Shown here: positions 55,658 through 64,000 of the stretch, piece after piece | Layout: each line of letters begins with the position of its first letter | How positions within the stretch are numbered: the stretch's first letter is position 1 | Origin: a virus | Taxonomy: Duplodnaviria > Caudoviricetes | Length of the DNA stretch: 64,000 nucleotides | IMG/VR virus record: IMGVR_UViG_3300049573_000219 | Span: 1 to 64,000 of that record | Strand: one strand, 5' to 3' | Program-made: the position numbers and the translations under genes | Notes under the pieces: generated by a model | What the model was told of the DNA's origin: nothing | Database searches by the model: none | What the model saw: only the letters and a program-made list of their open reading frames with translations

Positions 55658-56145
55658 TGCGCGCCCTCCCGCTCCCGGTGCCAGGCGGCACGTTCCGCGT
55701 TCAGCCTCTCCTCGGCCTCGGCCAGTACGGCGGCCAGCCGGTAGATGTCGGCCAGCCCCTCACTCCCGAGGGAGCTGAGGCTGATCAGGTTGCGCACGCC
55801 CATGTAGGCGGACGTGACGGAGAAGCAGCCGGGACTGCGCGTGCACGGCTTGTGCGTTCCACGGTCGAGCTGACCGAGATCCCGCCGAAGCTCCTCGGCG
55901 TGCCGGAGCTTGCGCCGCGCCCGCCCCTCCGGCAGCACGTACGTCCGGAGGGCTTCGGCCTGCGGGTGCTTCGGGTCGACGACCCACCCCTCCCGCTCGA
56001 TGTAGGCGCGCATGCCCTCGATGTAGGCGGTCGCGATCTTCCGCATCGCAGGGTAGGCGCGGTTCCACAGGTCGGCCAGGTGCTCGGCGTCGGCGTAGCT
56101 GAAGTGTCCTGTGTCGTGAACGAGTTCGACGTTGAGCACGTTCAC
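55654..56145 (-). CDS. Hypothetical protein
   Basis: Coupled. Confidence 0.6.
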   Translation of the reverse strand: MNVLNVELVHDTGHFSYADAEHLADLWNRAYPAMRKIATAYIEGMRAYIEREGWVVDPKHPQAEALRTYVLPEGRARRKLRHAEELRRDLGQLDRGTHKPCTRSPGCFSVTSAYMGVRNLISLSSLGSEGLADIYRLAAVLAEAEERLNAERAAWHREREGAQ

Positions 56146-56447
56146 CCCTCCAGCTCGCTGAAGCTCTCGTTCTCCCGGATGCGCTCGATGGACTCCGCCG
56201 GGCTCATCCCGGAGGTGACCATCTCGTAGAAGCTCATCTTGCTCTCGGGGTTCTTGACCCCGAGCAGCACGAGGATCTTCCACAGGGCGGTCGTGATGTG
56301 GTGGTACGGGGTACCCTTCGCGCTGTTCTCGATGACCAGGTCGTACTCGTCGATCACGTTCCAGCGGTAGAGCAGGTCGACCAGCTCACCGGCCGCAGCC
56401 AGCAGGTGGATCTCCCGCATGTCCAGCTTCTCGTTCGTGTTCGCCAT
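56142..56447 (-). CDS. Hypothetical protein
   Basis: RBS. Confidence 0.6.
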   Translation of the reverse strand: MANTNEKLDMREIHLLAAAGELVDLLYRWNVIDEYDLVIENSAKGTPYHHITTALWKILVLLGVKNPESKMSFYEMVTSGMSPAESIERIRENESFSELEG

Positions 56448-56543
56448 GGCTACTTCCCCTTCCGTCCGGCCGCCTTGCGGCGGTCCCTCTCACTCTTCTT
56501 CATTGCCGCGATGGCCACCAGGGCGGCAAGCGCCCGGATCACC

Positions 56544-56870
56544 TCAGTCACGCGCCGCACCCCTTTTGCCCTGCTCGATGATCTGCTGCATCAGCTCCAG
56601 CCCCGTCCTCTCGCCCGCCGTTCCCGGCGTCATGGCGCGGCCCCACCTGGCGGCCTCGTAGAACGCCTCCAGCGCCCGCCATTCGACGGTCACCGTGATC
56701 AGACACGAGCCGCCGCACTCCGGCCAGGTGCAGTGCTTCCCGTGAGGACCCGGCGCCCGCTTCGGGTACAGGGGCGGCTCGTCCCGCTCGGGCGGAGGGG
56801 GGCAGGTGCAGGGTTCGCTTCCGACGCCCGTGCAGCAGGTGCCGCCGCACCCCCGGCAGGTGTAGCTCAT
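56544..56870 (-). CDS. Cys-rich hypothetical protein
   Basis: YTCRGCGGTCCTG...CTC. Confidence 0.55.
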   Translation of the reverse strand: MSYTCRGCGGTCCTGVGSEPCTCPPPPERDEPPLYPKRAPGPHGKHCTWPECGGSCLITVTVEWRALEAFYEAARWGRAMTPGTAGERTGLELMQQIIEQGKRGAARD

Positions 56871-57289
56871 CGACGGCTCTCCCTGATGTCCATCCCGGCC
56901 CGACAGTGCGGGTATCCGGGGCACGGCTTCATGATCGGTCGTACCGGGTTCCACCCAGGAGATTCCGGCTGGCCGTGGTGTGGACAGACCATCTTCGACG
57001 GGAAGTAGCCGTCGAATTTCTCGTGGTCAGGGTCCAGCATGTTCAGCAGCCCCTCGACCAGCATGATGACGTCCCTGGGGTAGCCGCCACTCCTCTCGGA
57101 GGCCAGAGTGAAGGCGCGGCGCATGTCCTCGGCCGCCTCACGCATCCCAGCCTCGGCGACCCGCTGCTGGTACGACAGGATCACGTCCTCCGGGAACACG
57201 GCACGCAGGAAGTCGGCCACCTGATCGGGCTTCGCCCTCCAGCCCGGCGTCCTGATCGTGATCTCGTCCCAGCTCTCGACGTCACTCAC
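56867..57289 (-). CDS. Hypothetical protein
   Basis: Coupled. Confidence 0.6.
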   Translation of the reverse strand: MSDVESWDEITIRTPGWRAKPDQVADFLRAVFPEDVILSYQQRVAEAGMREAAEDMRRAFTLASERSGGYPRDVIMLVEGLLNMLDPDHEKFDGYFPSKMVCPHHGQPESPGWNPVRPIMKPCPGYPHCRAGMDIRESRR

Positions 57290-57512
57290 CCTCGTTCCCC
57301 TCCTTCGGCTTCAGCTCCCACCGACGGTGGGACCAGCACCAGACCATGGCCGGGAGTGGCGGAACGCCCTCCGGGAGCCACGTCTGTTCGACCTCCGGCG
57401 TCTCGTGCCGGTCCAGACCCGTGTAGTCCAGCTCCTCCAGGACGCAGTCCTCGCCGGGCTCCGGTGTCTCCCGTTCGACCTGCGCGACCAGGTCGGCGCC
57501 GCTCGTCTTCAC
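57282..57512 (-). CDS. Hypothetical protein
   Basis: Coupled. Confidence 0.5.
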   Translation of the reverse strand: MKTSGADLVAQVERETPEPGEDCVLEELDYTGLDRHETPEVEQTWLPEGVPPLPAMVWCWSHRRWELKPKEGNEGE

Positions 57513-57841
57513 AGCGCCGCCTTCGCGACCCGGATCATGCGGTCGAACTCCTCGGGGGTGATGAGTCCGGCCGTCGTCCACAGTGCCGGGTGACCGGCCA
57601 TCGCCTCGGTGATGACCTGCCGGGTGACCGGCACGGACTCGCCGGTCAGATAATCCCGGAGGTCGATCCCGCCGATGTAGGTGTCGTACAGGTCGGTCCG
57701 GCGCACGAACTCGTCGATCGTGTCCTTGTCGATCCTGCGGATCCCGGTCGCACCGGTCAGGTAGACCACGGCCCGCTGCTCCGGGGTCATGTCGGTGAGC
57801 GGGATCGTCCCGCCCTTGTTCGTTTCGAAGTACGCCTGCAT
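57509..57841 (-). CDS. Hypothetical protein
   Basis: RBS. Confidence 0.6.
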   Translation of the reverse strand: MQAYFETNKGGTIPLTDMTPEQRAVVYLTGATGIRRIDKDTIDEFVRRTDLYDTYIGGIDLRDYLTGESVPVTRQVITEAMAGHPALWTTAGLITPEEFDRMIRVAKAAL

Positions 57842-57947
57842 CTCTCTCTTCTCCCTTCCTCTGCCCGACGGCAGTACGGCAGGTGCACGGACCGGAGTCC
57901 GTGCACCACCGAGCTGAAGCCGGATCAGCTACCGCAGACCGCTGCGG

Positions 57948-58538
57948 TCACTTGCCCTGCGCCTTCCAGTAGGCGTTCTCGGCGGCGTGGATCTGGTCAC
58001 CGAACGCCTTGCCGACGGCCCACGCCTCGTCGCGGCGGCCGTTGAAGAAGTGGTCGGCCACCTGGGAGGCGATGTGCACCGTGGCGACCGTGAGCGAGGA
58101 CCAGTTGAAGCCCCAGAAGGCGCCGCCCTGGTGCGGCAGCAGCTTCTCGTTCGTGGTGTAGCCGAGCGAGCAGAACGTGGTGGCGAACTGCTCGCACTGG
58201 TCGCGGTCGTCCACCTGGTAGAAGGGGCGGGTCGTGATCTTCTTGCCCCAGAGCGAGCCGTTGTCGATGTGCAGGGTCTGGCGCTTGCTGGTGCGGTCCT
58301 CCAGCGGGACCGGGAAGTCGGTCCCCTCCGGGTAGAACGTGACCAGTCCGCTCAGCTCGGGCTCGATGGACATGGCCATGATCCAGCCACCCTTACGGGC
58401 GCGGGGCTTCTTGCTCTCCGGCATCTCCGCGTACGGCCACGCCGAGGTCTTCCGGACGCCCTTCAGCGGGGTGATGATGCGTGCACCCATCGTGATCTTC
58501 TCCTTGTTCCAGGTCTCGTGCGTTGCGGTAGTCGTCAC
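57948..58538 (-). CDS. Hypothetical protein (start may be 58491)
   Basis: Strong GC3 bias. Confidence 0.65.
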   Translation of the reverse strand: MTTTATHETWNKEKITMGARIITPLKGVRKTSAWPYAEMPESKKPRARKGGWIMAMSIEPELSGLVTFYPEGTDFPVPLEDRTSKRQTLHIDNGSLWGKKITTRPFYQVDDRDQCEQFATTFCSLGYTTNEKLLPHQGGAFWGFNWSSLTVATVHIASQVADHFFNGRRDEAWAVGKAFGDQIHAAENAYWKAQGK

Positions 58539-58589
58539 CCCACCGGGCCGCCATCCGGCCCGGCAGGTTCCCGCCCTGACTCCCGGCGC

Positions 58590-58829
58590 TCAGCCAGGAC
58601 TTGAGCCAGGACGCCTCGAACTCTTCGGCGAGCCGTAGAGCCCGCCCCTGATCCATCTCTCGGCGATGGGACCCTCGTCCCCGTACCGGAAGGCGTCCTC
58701 CCGGAACTTCGACGACAGGGCCTTCTGCTCCTCCAGGCCCAGGTCGCTCCAGCTCGGTCTGCGCCCAGCTCGGGCGACGGAATCCCGCCATAGCGCTTCG
58801 AACTCCTCGGATTTACCGGCACTGTTCAC
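58590..58829 (-). CDS. Hypothetical protein
   Basis: GAGG RBS. Confidence 0.5.
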   Translation of the reverse strand: MNSAGKSEEFEALWRDSVARAGRRPSWSDLGLEEQKALSSKFREDAFRYGDEGPIAERWIRGGLYGSPKSSRRPGSSPG

Positions 58830-58852
58830 CGGGTCATCCTCTCGCGGAGTTC

Positions 58853-59164
58853 TCAGCCGGGGCGCCGCTCCAGCAGAACCGAGACGAACATGTCGGCCGT
58901 CACGTTGGGGACCAGCTCGCCGTCGTCGGCCAGCACCTCCCAGCCACCCCGGGTGCCGACCTCGGTGATCCGGCCCCGGTAGAAGGTGCCGTGCTCCTCC
59001 CGGACGGCGACCCTCACGATCCGGTCCGAGTAGTCGTTGGCGGCCGACCAGACCGCCGAGACGACCTCCTGGTTGACGGGGGAGCGGAACTCCTCGAACT
59101 GCTCCAGGGTGGCAGCGGCCTGCTTCAACTCGGTGGCCAGTCGGCCGATGTGGGTCTGGGCCAT
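58853..59164 (-). CDS. Hypothetical protein
   Basis: Coupled. Confidence 0.55.
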   Translation of the reverse strand: MAQTHIGRLATELKQAAATLEQFEEFRSPVNQEVVSAVWSAANDYSDRIVRVAVREEHGTFYRGRITEVGTRGGWEVLADDGELVPNVTADMFVSVLLERRPG

Positions 59165-59523
59165 CAGTCCTTCTCCTCTTCCGCCTTGTGCCGGACCAGC
59201 AGGCAGTTCCACTGGTCCGGCCCGTCCTCGTCGTTCCGGCTCACGTCGTACCGGATCTTCAGGTTGCGCTCGTAGTCCGTGAGCACCTTCTGGGTGTACT
59301 TCAGCAGCCCGTCGGCGTTCGTGCCGAAACCGAACCGGCTCATCGTGTGGTAGCCGGGCTCGAACTCGACGACCACCCAGTCCGTCGGCCGCAGTCCCTC
59401 ACCGAGGGCCCGGCGGACCGTGAATCCGGCGGTGACGCCGGTCGGTCCCCGGCCGACACGCTCGGACCGGTTGAACCGCTCTCCCAGGAACCGGCTCACG
59501 GCCGATGCGGACGGGGCGCTCAC
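59164..59523 (-). CDS. Hypothetical protein
   Basis: Coupled. Confidence 0.55.
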   Translation of the reverse strand: MSAPSASAVSRFLGERFNRSERVGRGPTGVTAGFTVRRALGEGLRPTDWVVVEFEPGYHTMSRFGFGTNADGLLKYTQKVLTDYERNLKIRYDVSRNDEDGPDQWNCLLVRHKAEEEKD

Positions 59524-59897
59524 AGCTCGTACCCCCGCATCGCCGGGAAGGCGTCCAGGACGACCTCGTAGATCCACTTCTCGCAGGCCCCGCGCCGTGC
59601 GGTCCCCATCTCGTTGCCCCACATGCCCAGCACCTCCTCCCCGTAGTGCAGCAGCTCCTCCCGGTAGACCTTCAGGATCTCCGCCTGGGTCATCGACTCC
59701 GGCAGCTCCTTGGGCCGGTCGCCCGCCAGCTCGTCGTCCTCGGTGATCTCGTACCGGAGGAACTTGCTCCCGATTCCGTTCATCAGGTCGTGCGGCTCGG
59801 GCTCCAGGGTGATGGACGTCTTCACCCAGGCCGCCGGTCGGACCCTGCCGTCCCCGCTCCTGCTGGTCCCGACGTGGACCGTGATGTCTCGCGCCAC
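59520..59897 (-). CDS. Hypothetical protein
   Basis: GAGGAG RBS. Confidence 0.6.
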   Translation of the reverse strand: MARDITVHVGTSRSGDGRVRPAAWVKTSITLEPEPHDLMNGIGSKFLRYEITEDDELAGDRPKELPESMTQAEILKVYREELLHYGEEVLGMWGNEMGTARRGACEKWIYEVVLDAFPAMRGYEL

Positions 59898-59909
59898 CGT
59901 CTTCTCCTC

Positions 59910-60389
59910 TCAGACCGCTTCGCGCATCCGGAACTTGTTGTCCCGGGTGTACGGTTCGCCGGGCTCCAGAATCCACAGGGCCTGGATGAACACCCGGCCG
60001 CCGTTGTAGAGGTCCAGCCGGAGCCCGTACCGGATTCCCCGCTTCTCGCCGTCGCTGTACCGGCTGATCTCCCGGATGTGCTTCCCGGCTTCCGAGCGGC
60101 CGATCCAGTTCGCCACGGATGCCTCGACATCCCGGCAGACCAGCCGGTCCTCCTCGATCTCCACGGCCTCCGGGTAGGGGGCCGGGGGCCCGTCGCCGGT
60201 CGCTCCGCCCTCCTCCTGGAGCGCCACCTGGAAGGCCATGCGGGCGCCATGGGCGGACGTGACGACGAAGCCGTACTCCAGGCCGGAGCCGGGCCCTGCG
60301 GGCTCCCCCTTGTCGTTGAGGACGGGCCCCACCGTCACCCCGGGGATCTCCAACCCCCGGAGAAGATCCGGGAATTCACTGGCCTTCAC
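59910..60389 (-). CDS. Hypothetical protein
   Basis: TACGAT -10-like box and operator upstream. Confidence 0.65.
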   Translation of the reverse strand: MKASEFPDLLRGLEIPGVTVGPVLNDKGEPAGPGSGLEYGFVVTSAHGARMAFQVALQEEGGATGDGPPAPYPEAVEIEEDRLVCRDVEASVANWIGRSEAGKHIREISRYSDGEKRGIRYGLRLDLYNGGRVFIQALWILEPGEPYTRDNKFRMREAV

Positions 60390-60459
60390 GCCTTCATCCT
60401 TTCCTTGACCTAGGCCATCGTACAGCGAAGGGGCCCGCCGTCAAGCGAGCCCCTTCGGT

Positions 60460-60849
60460 TCAGACCAGGCGCGGCCGGTTCAGTGCGCGCTCCCCCGTGT
60501 CGGAGAGAATCAGGCTCTCCTCGCCGTCCACCCACGGGATGCGCTCCAGGCCGCCGGTCTCCCGGATCAGCCACTCCTCGTCCGGCCGTTCCAGCAGAGC
60601 CGGAACCGGGTCGGCTGCCTTGCGCAGCCAGACCCGGAAGTAGCCGGTCTCGTCCCACACCGGCCACGCCTTCACCGGGCGCTCCGTGTGGCGCACCTTC
60701 CCGTCCCTCACCCAGAAGGCGAGAGATGTCCCGCTCTGCACCCGCTGCTTGAGGATGTTCCCGGCGACCTCCCGGGACGGGAACACCTCCATGTCCAGAT
60801 CGGCGACCGGGCGCCGGGCGGACGGGACGTACAGTGCGTAGACGGCCAA
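60460..60849 (-). CDS. Hypothetical protein
   Basis: TTG after AGGAGG. Confidence 0.6.
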   Translation of the reverse strand: MAVYALYVPSARRPVADLDMEVFPSREVAGNILKQRVQSGTSLAFWVRDGKVRHTERPVKAWPVWDETGYFRVWLRKAADPVPALLERPDEEWLIRETGGLERIPWVDGEESLILSDTGERALNRPRLV

Positions 60850-60900
60850 CTGTCAGACCTCCTGAGTTCTGTTGTCGAAGTTGATGCTGCTGTTCACGGG

Positions 60901-61215
60901 TCAGCACTCTCCCGGGTGGTTCAGGTGACGGCCGCAGCGGGCGCCGTCCCGGGTGAGGTCGCCGCACGTCCTGCTCGGGTCCGGCCTGGGTGAGGAGTGC
61001 CACGCGGTGAGCACCAGGCCGTTGTTCAGGATGATCGACCGGCTTTCCCACTTGCGGGAGTCGCCGATCCCCTTCCAGATCTCCAACGCCTTGTCCCGCG
61101 CGTCGTCCGTTGCCATCCCGTCCATGATCAGGGCGGCCGTCAGGGCGGCGATGACCTCGCCGCCCGTGTACACCGTGACCTGCTCGGCGTGCCCGATTCG
61201 GTAGTCCCAGCTCAC
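60901..61215 (-). CDS. Hypothetical protein
   Basis: Coupled. Confidence 0.55.
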   Translation of the reverse strand: MSWDYRIGHAEQVTVYTGGEVIAALTAALIMDGMATDDARDKALEIWKGIGDSRKWESRSIILNNGLVLTAWHSSPRPDPSRTCGDLTRDGARCGRHLNHPGEC

Positions 61216-61691
61216 TTCTCGTCCTCCCACCAGACGCGGAGGTCGCTGCCGTCCTTCAGCTCCGTGACGACCCGGTCCGGGTAACTCCCGCCCTCCGACA
61301 GGCAGTGCGCCACACCCTCAGCCAGCGCAGCCGCCCGCTCCAGGCCGATCCCCTCGCTGCCGACCAGGATCCCCATCAGGAAGGAGACCAGCGCCGCCTC
61401 GGCGGTCGAACGGAAGGCGGGACCGAGGTCCCCGGCCTTCACGTAGTAGACCCGGCCCGGAACGTTCCGGCCACGCTCCCGCCAGACCATCAGCTCGCCG
61501 ACCTTGGCCAGTTTCACGCCCTGCGTCTCGTTGTCGGGGATCATGTCGGCCCCGCGCATCACCTCGTCGGCCTTCTCCCGCGCCGGACCGTCGAACCCGG
61601 CGGCGAGCAGCGCACCGACGACGATCGACCTGACTTCTTCCCGGCTCCCGGCCAGCACCTGGCCGTAGTTCACCGTGACTCCGTACCTCAT
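61212..61691 (-). CDS. Hypothetical protein with internal repeat
   Basis: GGAGGAG RBS. Confidence 0.6.
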   Translation of the reverse strand: MRYGVTVNYGQVLAGSREEVRSIVVGALLAAGFDGPAREKADEVMRGADMIPDNETQGVKLAKVGELMVWRERGRNVPGRVYYVKAGDLGPAFRSTAEAALVSFLMGILVGSEGIGLERAAALAEGVAHCLSEGGSYPDRVVTELKDGSDLRVWWEDEK

Positions 61692-61765
61692 GGTTCTTCT
61701 CCTCCGTTCCGATGGTCCACCGAGGGGCACGGACCGCAGCCCGTGCTCCCCGGAAGCCGACCGGC

Positions 61766-62095
61766 TCAGATCTTGCAGGTGAAGACGACCCCGGAGTTCA
61801 GGACCGTCGGGCGCAGGGCCTCGACCTCCATCTCCGGGCCGTCCTTCCCGTCCACGATGTTCAGGGTGCAGCGGATCATCTCCGTGCCCCCGGCGGGCAG
61901 GATGTACAGGTCGGTCACGACCGACTCCCGCAGCGTGACCCCGTCCTCCCGGATCAGCCGGGCCCACTCCTTCACCGTCTCCAGCGAGGCGATGCCGTGG
62001 TATCCGCCCTTCTGGGCGAAGTGGAAGACCGGCTCCAGCGGGTTCGGGTTCTGGAAGTGCAGCCCGTTCCCGCAGGTGTTCATCGGGATCATCAC
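61766..62095 (-). CDS. Hypothetical protein
   Basis: RBS. Confidence 0.55.
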   Translation of the reverse strand: MMIPMNTCGNGLHFQNPNPLEPVFHFAQKGGYHGIASLETVKEWARLIREDGVTLRESVVTDLYILPAGGTEMIRCTLNIVDGKDGPEMEVEALRPTVLNSGVVFTCKI

Positions 62096-62103
62096 ACCGG
62101 CCA

Positions 62104-62388
62104 CTACTTGCTCCTTCCCGGGTGGGACTCGCGCGTCTCCGGCTTGCCCCAGTTGTCCAGCAGCCACGTGAACAGGTCCCGCAGCTCCGTCATCTGCTCC
62201 CGGCTCAGCGGGAGGTCCAGCGAGCCGCCCTCCAGCTCGCGCGGGGGCGGCTGCATGCGCGGGTCGGTGAAGTTGAGGGTGTCCAGCCCCTCCGACCGCC
62301 ACAGGTCGAAGTAGTAGGCCCGGTACTTGTCCCACCCGATGTACGTCCAGACCGGGTCGAGCGCCCCGGGCTCCGGCCTCCCGCTCAC
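62104..62388 (-). CDS. Hypothetical protein
   Basis: Coupled. Confidence 0.55.
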   Translation of the reverse strand: MSGRPEPGALDPVWTYIGWDKYRAYYFDLWRSEGLDTLNFTDPRMQPPPRELEGGSLDLPLSREQMTELRDLFTWLLDNWGKPETRESHPGRSK

Positions 62389-62714
62389 TCGTCCACCCCA
62401 CCGATCCGGTGCACGACCCGGTTGCGGACCAGGATCTCCGCGCCGCCGCCGGTCCCGGGCAGCCTGCGCACCGAGCACTTCTGCGGGTAGGGGAGGGCGG
62501 GCGTCTTGATCAGCAGCTCGTCCCACGCCTCCTCGATCGTCAGGTCCCCCTGCTCGATGTCGTACAGGGTGGAGCCGACGTAGTCCGGGTGCGCGAGGGC
62601 CGTCGCCTCCTCCTTCACGATGACGAAGACGACCGGCACCTCCTCCGGGCTGGCCCAGATGACCGAGTGGGACCGGATCTCGCCGTCCCGCTCCAGGATG
62701 CGGATTCCCGCCAT
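62385..62714 (-). CDS. Hypothetical protein
   Basis: AAGGAG RBS. Confidence 0.55.
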   Translation of the reverse strand: MAGIRILERDGEIRSHSVIWASPEEVPVVFVIVKEEATALAHPDYVGSTLYDIEQGDLTIEEAWDELLIKTPALPYPQKCSVRRLPGTGGGAEILVRNRVVHRIGGVDE

Positions 62715-62716
62715 GC

Positions 62717-63037
62717 TCAGCTCCTTCCCGGCCGGATGGCCAGCTTGTCGTGCTCGGCGAACGCGGCCTCGGCCTCGCTCAGGAACATGTCCCGTCGGCT
62801 CTCGATGCGCAGCCACCGGCCGTCCAGCGACGTGGCCCGCATCAGGTGGAAGCTGTAGGCGCCGGGGTCGCCGTTGCGCTCGGGGGTCGTGTCGTACGTG
62901 ATCACGCAGCAGTAGTAGCCCGGCGCCTTCGCCTGGACCAGGTCCGGCTGCCACCCCAGGAAGCTGCCCTTGATCACCGGCAGCTTCTCGACCCGGGTCG
63001 GCGTCTCCTTGACCCGCAGCTTCGTCTCGTTGTCCAT
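62717..63037 (-). CDS. Hypothetical protein
   Basis: Adjacent in run. Confidence 0.55.
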   Translation of the reverse strand: MDNETKLRVKETPTRVEKLPVIKGSFLGWQPDLVQAKAPGYYCCVITYDTTPERNGDPGAYSFHLMRATSLDGRWLRIESRRDMFLSEAEAAFAEHDKLAIRPGRS

Positions 63038-63040
63038 GCC

Positions 63041-63385
63041 CTACTTCCCGTCCCATCCGAAGGTGATCGCCGACCAGTCCGGACCGGCGAAGTGGAAGCT
63101 GCCGGTCTTCAGCTCGTCGTTCTCCCAGGCCGCCTGGATCCACTCCTTGACGGCCAGCTTCAGGTTCTCCCGGCACTTCTGCGGCTGCTCGTCGCAGTCG
63201 TGCTCGGGGTCCAGCACGCAGTGGCCCTCTTCGAACCCCTCCATGCCGCTCGGCGTGCGGCCGGTGCGGTCCATCTCGGACTCGACCGCCTCCCAGATGC
63301 CCTCCCATGAGGTCGCGTTGACCTCGAAGGAGTCCTCCAGGTTGTTGCCCTGTCCGTAGATCTCCGTCTTGACCAGGTGCCCCAT
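63041..63385 (-). CDS. Acidic hypothetical protein
   Basis: Adjacent in run. Confidence 0.55.
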   Translation of the reverse strand: MGHLVKTEIYGQGNNLEDSFEVNATSWEGIWEAVESEMDRTGRTPSGMEGFEEGHCVLDPEHDCDEQPQKCRENLKLAVKEWIQAAWENDELKTGSFHFAGPDWSAITFGWDGK

Positions 63386-63388
63386 GTC

Positions 63389-63607
63389 TCAGCGCCCCTT
63401 CCGCAGGGTCGTCATGTGGATCTGGACCAGGTTGCCGAAGCTCCGGTGGTTCGGAACCCAGAGCCACGCCACCGAGTCGACCCGGTACCGGGCGCCGTTG
63501 GCGGAGAACACCTCGTCACCCTCCCGGGGGACCCGGCTCGGTTCGATGTACGTCTTGACCGGCTCGCCGTCGAAGAAGACGTCGGCCAGCATCTCGCTCG
63601 GCTTCAC
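63389..63607 (-). CDS. Hypothetical protein
   Basis: Coupled; resembles neighbour. Confidence 0.55.
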   Translation of the reverse strand: MKPSEMLADVFFDGEPVKTYIEPSRVPREGDEVFSANGARYRVDSVAWLWVPNHRSFGNLVQIHMTTLRKGR

Positions 63608-63813
63608 TCCGCCTCCTCCAGGTACAGGAACACCGTGTCGCTCAGCGTGATCCCGTCCGTGTCCTGGCCGATGTGGTCCACCTTCCAGGTTCCGAACCGG
63701 GGCCCCGGCGTGTTGATCGTCGAACCGATCTGCGGGACCCGACTGGCGGAGATCCGCAGTTCCGCACGAGGCAGCTTCCCCTGTGCCGGAAAGCACAGCA
63801 CGAGCGTGAGCAT
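63604..63813 (-). CDS. Hypothetical protein
   Basis: RBS GAAGAGG. Confidence 0.55.
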   Translation of the reverse strand: MLTLVLCFPAQGKLPRAELRISASRVPQIGSTINTPGPRFGTWKVDHIGQDTDGITLSDTVFLYLEEAE

Positions 63814-64000
63814 CCTCTTCTCCCTTCCTTTTCCACCGGGCTGATCCGGACTCCACGGGGCCCCCGGCGGAGGCCCCGCAGGGCTCGTTCAGAACGGTGC
63901 CGACATGGACTGCACGGAGAACGCGCTGTCCCGTTCCGTCTCGACGTTCACGCCGAAGCCGCGCAGCGCACGGACCGAGTCGAGCGCCAGATCCTTCGCC

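Noticed and set aside
1-64000. CRISPR array, integrase/att site, IS transposase, reverse transcriptase, rRNA, tmRNA
   Set aside because: No regularly spaced repeats or diagnostic motifs seen

Overview
High-GC actinobacterial (most likely Streptomyces-infecting) large phage or plasmid-prophage segment; no host housekeeping operons, rRNA or CRISPR array are visible. Left to right: the 5' part of a tail-fibre-like gene; a vWA gene preceded by a low-GC zinc-ribbon/GIY-YIG-like endonuclease; a polysaccharide pyruvyltransferase; a leftward run of small genes (HIT, NUDIX, XRE HTH, RelE-like/AbrB-like TA pair); a ~0.7 kb non-coding origin-like gap; a rightward replication module (two wHTH proteins, DnaB, two degenerate DnaB-like ORFs, primase with a DnaB-N-like tail); a sortase-like secreted protein; a tRNA array (9 intact CCA-less tRNAs); cspA, dCMP deaminase, MazG-like, MmcB-like and TerD genes; then about 55 short leftward ORFs (DGQHR/ParB-like, HAD phosphatase, macrodomain, mostly unknown). 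Most striking observations: (i) a PD-(D/E)XK endonuclease ORF lying where the anticodon loop should be between a tRNA 5' half and a tRNA 3' half, with no group I intron core; (ii) other tRNA-like pieces in the array (an anticodon-less tRNA mimic, a free Met-anticodon hairpin, structured spacers); (iii) two recurring promoter-overlapping operator motifs, YCAAC-N19-GTTGR and TGRCCYRGGYCA. Family assignments come from motifs recognised by eye; no searches were run.
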